This document shows, one piece after another, positions 13,570 through 16,780 of a DNA stretch of 16,780 bases. Positions within the stretch are counted from its first letter, which is position 1. Each line of letters starts with the position of its first letter. This stretch comes from Myxococcota bacterium (lineage in GTDB: Bacteria > Myxococcota > UBA4151). The DNA lies in NCBI GenBank assembly GCA_040260805.1, contig JBDQPD010000075.1, forward strand, positions 1 to 16,780, written 5' to 3'. Under the pieces are notes generated by a model that did not search any database, was not told the origin of the DNA, and saw only the letters and a program-made list of their open reading frames with translations. The position numbers were made by a program, and so were the translations under genes.

Positions 13570-14874
13570 ATGGCTTCTGATGAACGCGTTCTGATTGTCG
13601 GCATGGGCTATGTCGGTTTGCCCCTAGCACTGAGTTTCATCCGAGGCGGAGTGACCGTGCTTGGTCTCGACATCGATCAAAGCAAGGTCGATGCACTCAA
13701 CGGTGGGCGCAGTTATCTCGGCCACATCAGCGATGAAGACATCTCAAAGGCAGTGGCGACCGGGCGGTTTGAGGCGACCACCGACTTTGCTCGATGTGCC
13801 GATGCCGACGCCGTGATCATCGCCGTGCCCACGCCTTTGACCAAATATCGTGACCCGGATCTTAGCTACGTGACGTCAACGTGCGAGCGCATCGCTCCGC
13901 ATCTGCGTGAAGGGGCTTTGGTGATTCTTGAGAGCACCACCTTCCCGGGTACCAGCGCCGAAGTCATGAAGCCGATTCTTGAACAGGGCAGCTCACTGAT
14001 CGTCGGTGAGACGCTGGACTTAGCCTATTCGCCAGAGCGTGAAGACCCAGGCAATGCTGACTTTGGGACGCAAACGATTCCAAAGCTCGTTGGCGGTTAC
14101 ACGGCTGCAACGACGGCGCGCGCGGTCTCGTTGTATGAGCGTGCACTCGATCGTGTGATCGCTGTCGACTCCATGGAAGTTGCTGAGCTCGCCAAGCTGT
14201 TTGAGAACATCTTTCGGGCGGTCAATATCGCCTTAGTCAACGAGCTGAAGATGGTCTGTGATCGGATGGACATTGATGTCTGGTCGGTCATCGAGGCGGC
14301 AGCCACCAAACCCTTTGGCTTCATGAAGTTCACTCCGGGGCCGGGCATCGGTGGTCACTGCATCCCTGTCGATCCGTTTTATCTGACCTGGAAAGCTCGG
14401 GAACATGGCTTGACCACGCGCTTTATTGAGCTCGCTGGTCAGATCAACAGCGGGATGCCTCAGTATGTGATCGATCGGCTTCGAGTCGCCCTTAGCGAGG
14501 ACGGTAAGGCGTTGCGCGACGCCAAGGTGCTGGTGCTCGGTGTCGCCTATAAGCCTGGCGTTGAGGACATGCGCGAGAGCCCCGCTTTGGACGTCATTGA
14601 GTTACTGATCCAAGGTCAGGCTGATGTCCGCTATCACGACCCGTTCGTGCCTGAGCTGCCGCAAATGCGTAAACATGACCTGCGTTTGGGAGGCTCGAAA
14701 GAGTTGACCGACACCATCTTAGCTGAGGCGGATGCGATCCTGATCGCCACCGATCACAACGAGGTCGATTACGCCCAAGTGATGGAACATTCGAGCTTAG
14801 TGGTCGATACCCGCAATGCGGTCAGGCCCCGCCTCGGTGACGGCCCGTTCAAGGCTCGATTGGTGATGGCCTAG
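13570..14874 (+). CDS. wbpA: Nucleotide-sugar dehydrogenase, UDP-N-acetylglucosamine 6-dehydrogenase (WbpA-like)
   Basis: GMGYVGLPL Rossmann motif, VPTPL, LESTTFPG, YSPEREDPGN, KLFENIFRAVNIALVNE, catalytic GGHCIPVDPFYLTWKARE, AYK...DMRESP. SD GGAGG at 13560-13564. Confidence 0.93.
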   Translation: MASDERVLIVGMGYVGLPLALSFIRGGVTVLGLDIDQSKVDALNGGRSYLGHISDEDISKAVATGRFEATTDFARCADADAVIIAVPTPLTKYRDPDLSYVTSTCERIAPHLREGALVILESTTFPGTSAEVMKPILEQGSSLIVGETLDLAYSPEREDPGNADFGTQTIPKLVGGYTAATTARAVSLYERALDRVIAVDSMEVAELAKLFENIFRAVNIALVNELKMVCDRMDIDVWSVIEAAATKPFGFMKFTPGPGIGGHCIPVDPFYLTWKAREHGLTTRFIELAGQINSGMPQYVIDRLRVALSEDGKALRDAKVLVLGVAYKPGVEDMRESPALDVIELLIQGQADVRYHDPFVPELPQMRKHDLRLGGSKELTDTILAEADAILIATDHNEVDYAQVMEHSSLVVDTRNAVRPRLGDGPFKARLVMA

Positions 14875-14876
14875 CG

Positions 14877-15674
14877 TTAGGACTCGCGAATCCGACCGAC
14901 CGGAATCAGACCTAGGATGCACCCAAGGCCAGCACCGGCGATGCTCGCCACGCTGATCGTAGCGGTCAGGCTAAGCCCGACTCGCGCTGCATTGACTGGC
15001 TTTTGCAGCATCACCGTCGGGCGAGTGTAAATCCGCGAGCGTGACACGTTAAGCAGGTGGAGATCCTCGTCCGCTTTGGCTCGATGCGAGGTCAAAATAC
15101 CCATCTGCATCAGCCGAACCGCATGCACTTGGTCTGATTCGGTCGGGGCTCCCTTGAGCGCCACCAGCTGCTTATCGATCACGCCATCGATGATGGTGAC
15201 ATGCTTTCGAAGCTGTTCGTGACGCTTTTCCCAAAGGTCACCAGCATCTGAAAAGTGAACTTTGTGGTCATTGATCAGCTTTTCTCCCACACCCGAGAGG
15301 TAGGTATTGGCTGATTCTTTGGTTTGTCCGACCGCCTCAAGGATCACCAGGTTTTTGTCGGTGCGCGAGAGGCGCGCCCGGCTCAATAGTGGCAACTGTG
15401 CGCTTGCCTTGGCGTTGCCTTTGAGCCGGTGCTCATAGCGTAGGCGTTCCACCATCTCATGGGGGCGCTCTACGGAACGCTGCACCAAGCCGGCGTTGGT
15501 CACGTAGCCCACCTCACCAACTCTTAGAACGAGCGTCGACATGTACAGCGGTTCACGCAGTAGATTACTGATCAACGCCAAACCAATGCCCAAAACTGCG
15601 CCGATCACGATCATGCGCAGCGTTCGACGATTGATTAAAGGCGCAAGGGCGTTGTTAGTTTTACTCGCATTCAT
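14877..15674 (-). CDS. Wzz-like polysaccharide chain-length determinant (polysaccharide co-polymerase)
   Basis: N-terminal TM followed by PLYMSTLVLRVG, a helical/coiled-coil middle (WEKRHEQLRKHVTIIDGVIDKQL), and a C-terminal Gly-rich TM (SIAGAGLGCILGLI). It lies among polysaccharide genes. Confidence 0.75.
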   Translation of the reverse strand: MNASKTNNALAPLINRRTLRMIVIGAVLGIGLALISNLLREPLYMSTLVLRVGEVGYVTNAGLVQRSVERPHEMVERLRYEHRLKGNAKASAQLPLLSRARLSRTDKNLVILEAVGQTKESANTYLSGVGEKLINDHKVHFSDAGDLWEKRHEQLRKHVTIIDGVIDKQLVALKGAPTESDQVHAVRLMQMGILTSHRAKADEDLHLLNVSRSRIYTRPTVMLQKPVNAARVGLSLTATISVASIAGAGLGCILGLIPVGRIRES

Positions 15675-15765
15675 GGTGCCCTGCGTATTAGAGCGAAGCC
15701 TGCTCGGCTAGGGTTTTTCGTAGGTCGCGCACTTCGGCTTGGACCGTGCTTCGGTGGACGACAAA

Positions 15766-16680
15766 ATGGCAGCACAGCAACGCAGCGCATTTTCCGGTCT
15801 CAAAGCCGACTATTTGGTCGCAATTTCTGCCTCCGCCTCGATCGCCGTCGTCGGCTTGGTTTTGTATGCATGGATCGGTCGAAGCCTCGACCCTGAATCG
15901 CTCGGATATTTCTCTCAGATTCGCCGGGTGAGTGGCATGTGGGTGCCGCTTGCATCCGTGGGTTTAGCGCTTGCGCTTGGCCGCTATGTCCCTCGATTAG
16001 CAGATCCCAGCTTAATCCGCCTGCGCACGATCCAGGCGTTGGGTGTCGTGGCGGTCGTGATGTTCGCCCATGTTTTAGCCTGGGATCCCTTGCTGAGCGG
16101 TGGTGTGCTGCAGCCGGTCATTGGTGAGCGCTCCGAGCTAGCGAGCGCCTTCTTGTGGCAACTCTTAGGGCTCGGAATTTTGGTGATGCCCTTCGCCTTG
16201 CTTCGTGGCTTGCAACGGTTTCGATTAGCGGCGGTGCTTCAAGTCACTGGGTATGCTCTGTGGCCTTTGGGTGTGACCTTTGTGTGCATCGATGGCCCCT
16301 TAGAGGTCTTGATCGAGCGGATTGGGCAAGGACAGGTTGCTCTAGCTCTGCTGAGTTTGTTGGTCTTGCTCATCGTCCCTCGACCGGCAATTGCGCCGAC
16401 AGAATCGAACCATGAGCGTTTTAGCGGTTGGCTTATCTACAGCTCGGTGCGTCTTCCCGCAGGGGCACTAGGCTTTGTGTTGTGGACTGGCTTGCCGATG
16501 ATTTTAGCGCAATGGGGGGCGCTTGAGGAGGCGGGTGTTGCGAACGCAGTGACGAGTTTGACCAATATACCCCTGTTGATTTTGTCGCCGCTCGCATTTG
16601 TCTTGTTGCCCCGGCTGTCGCTGGCTCAAATCGAGGGTCAAGACCAAGAGGTTGAAGACTTTCTACGACGAGGCCTCTGA
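15766..16680 (+). CDS. Second Wzx-like flippase, C-terminally truncated (about 304 aa)
   Basis: GRSLDPESLGYFSQIRR, VGLALALGRYVP, ALLRGLQRF, EEAGVAN, PLAFVLLPRLS. It stops just after the LLP motif, where flippases normally continue for several more TM helices. ATG 15766 (GGTGGA upstream) is preferred over TTG 15739. Confidence 0.75.
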   Translation: MAAQQRSAFSGLKADYLVAISASASIAVVGLVLYAWIGRSLDPESLGYFSQIRRVSGMWVPLASVGLALALGRYVPRLADPSLIRLRTIQALGVVAVVMFAHVLAWDPLLSGGVLQPVIGERSELASAFLWQLLGLGILVMPFALLRGLQRFRLAAVLQVTGYALWPLGVTFVCIDGPLEVLIERIGQGQVALALLSLLVLLIVPRPAIAPTESNHERFSGWLIYSSVRLPAGALGFVLWTGLPMILAQWGALEEAGVANAVTSLTNIPLLILSPLAFVLLPRLSLAQIEGQDQEVEDFLRRGL

Positions 16681-16780
16681 GGGCATGTCCCAGCAGATCC
16701 TGCAGGTTGCCATTCTTGACGGTGAATTTGAAAGCACAGAAGACTTCTTCATCGGGCAAAACTACGAGCTGGTGATGAAC
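16661..16780 (+). other. Open frame fragment resembling a Calx-beta domain C-terminal half, running off the window
   Basis: Frame 2 reads FYDEASEGMSQQILQVAILDGEFESTEDFFIGQNYELVMN, resembling the G-x-x-x-x-x-I-x-V-x-I-x-D-D-x-x-x-E-x-x-E-x-F pattern. It is unrelated to a flippase. Confidence 0.3.

Noticed and set aside
15691..15720. AGCC-N5-GGCT followed by a T run as an intrinsic terminator
   Set aside because: The stem is only 4 bp, is separated from the T run, and lies between divergent genes where no terminator is expected.
662..16759. Many short alternative-frame and antisense ORFs in the track (e.g. 3867-4391, 3880-4377, 6760-7212, 9269-9670, 16433-16759)
   Set aside because: All are nested in well-supported genes, show no recognisable motifs, and are expected in GC-rich DNA.

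Overview
Gene-dense bacterial segment with moderately high GC, most likely from a Myxococcota-like organism (myxococcal Cys-rich repeat, D-[AGS]-G linker lipoproteins, kinase-AAA-TPR protein). In order: an ABC-2 exporter (ATPase remnant + permease), SCO and a sialidase-family gene in one overlapping string; a TruC-like pseudouridine synthase; a 43-Cys lipoprotein built of six disulfide modules; type I L-asparaginase; a 1184-aa protein fusing a WYL-regulator-type winged HTH, a catalytically dead Ser/Thr pseudokinase, an intact STAND/AAA ATPase and TPRs; a lipoprotein with 14 RCC1-like repeats; and a polysaccharide cluster with alternating gene orientation (Wzx, WbpA-like dehydrogenase, Wzz-like, truncated second Wzx). 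The best novelty candidates are the HTH-pseudokinase-STAND-TPR protein and the Cys-module lipoprotein. Both window ends switch abruptly to unrelated sequence, which suggests chimeric contig ends. No rRNA, tRNA, CRISPR array or mobile element was recognised. All family calls come from motif recognition by eye; no searches were run.
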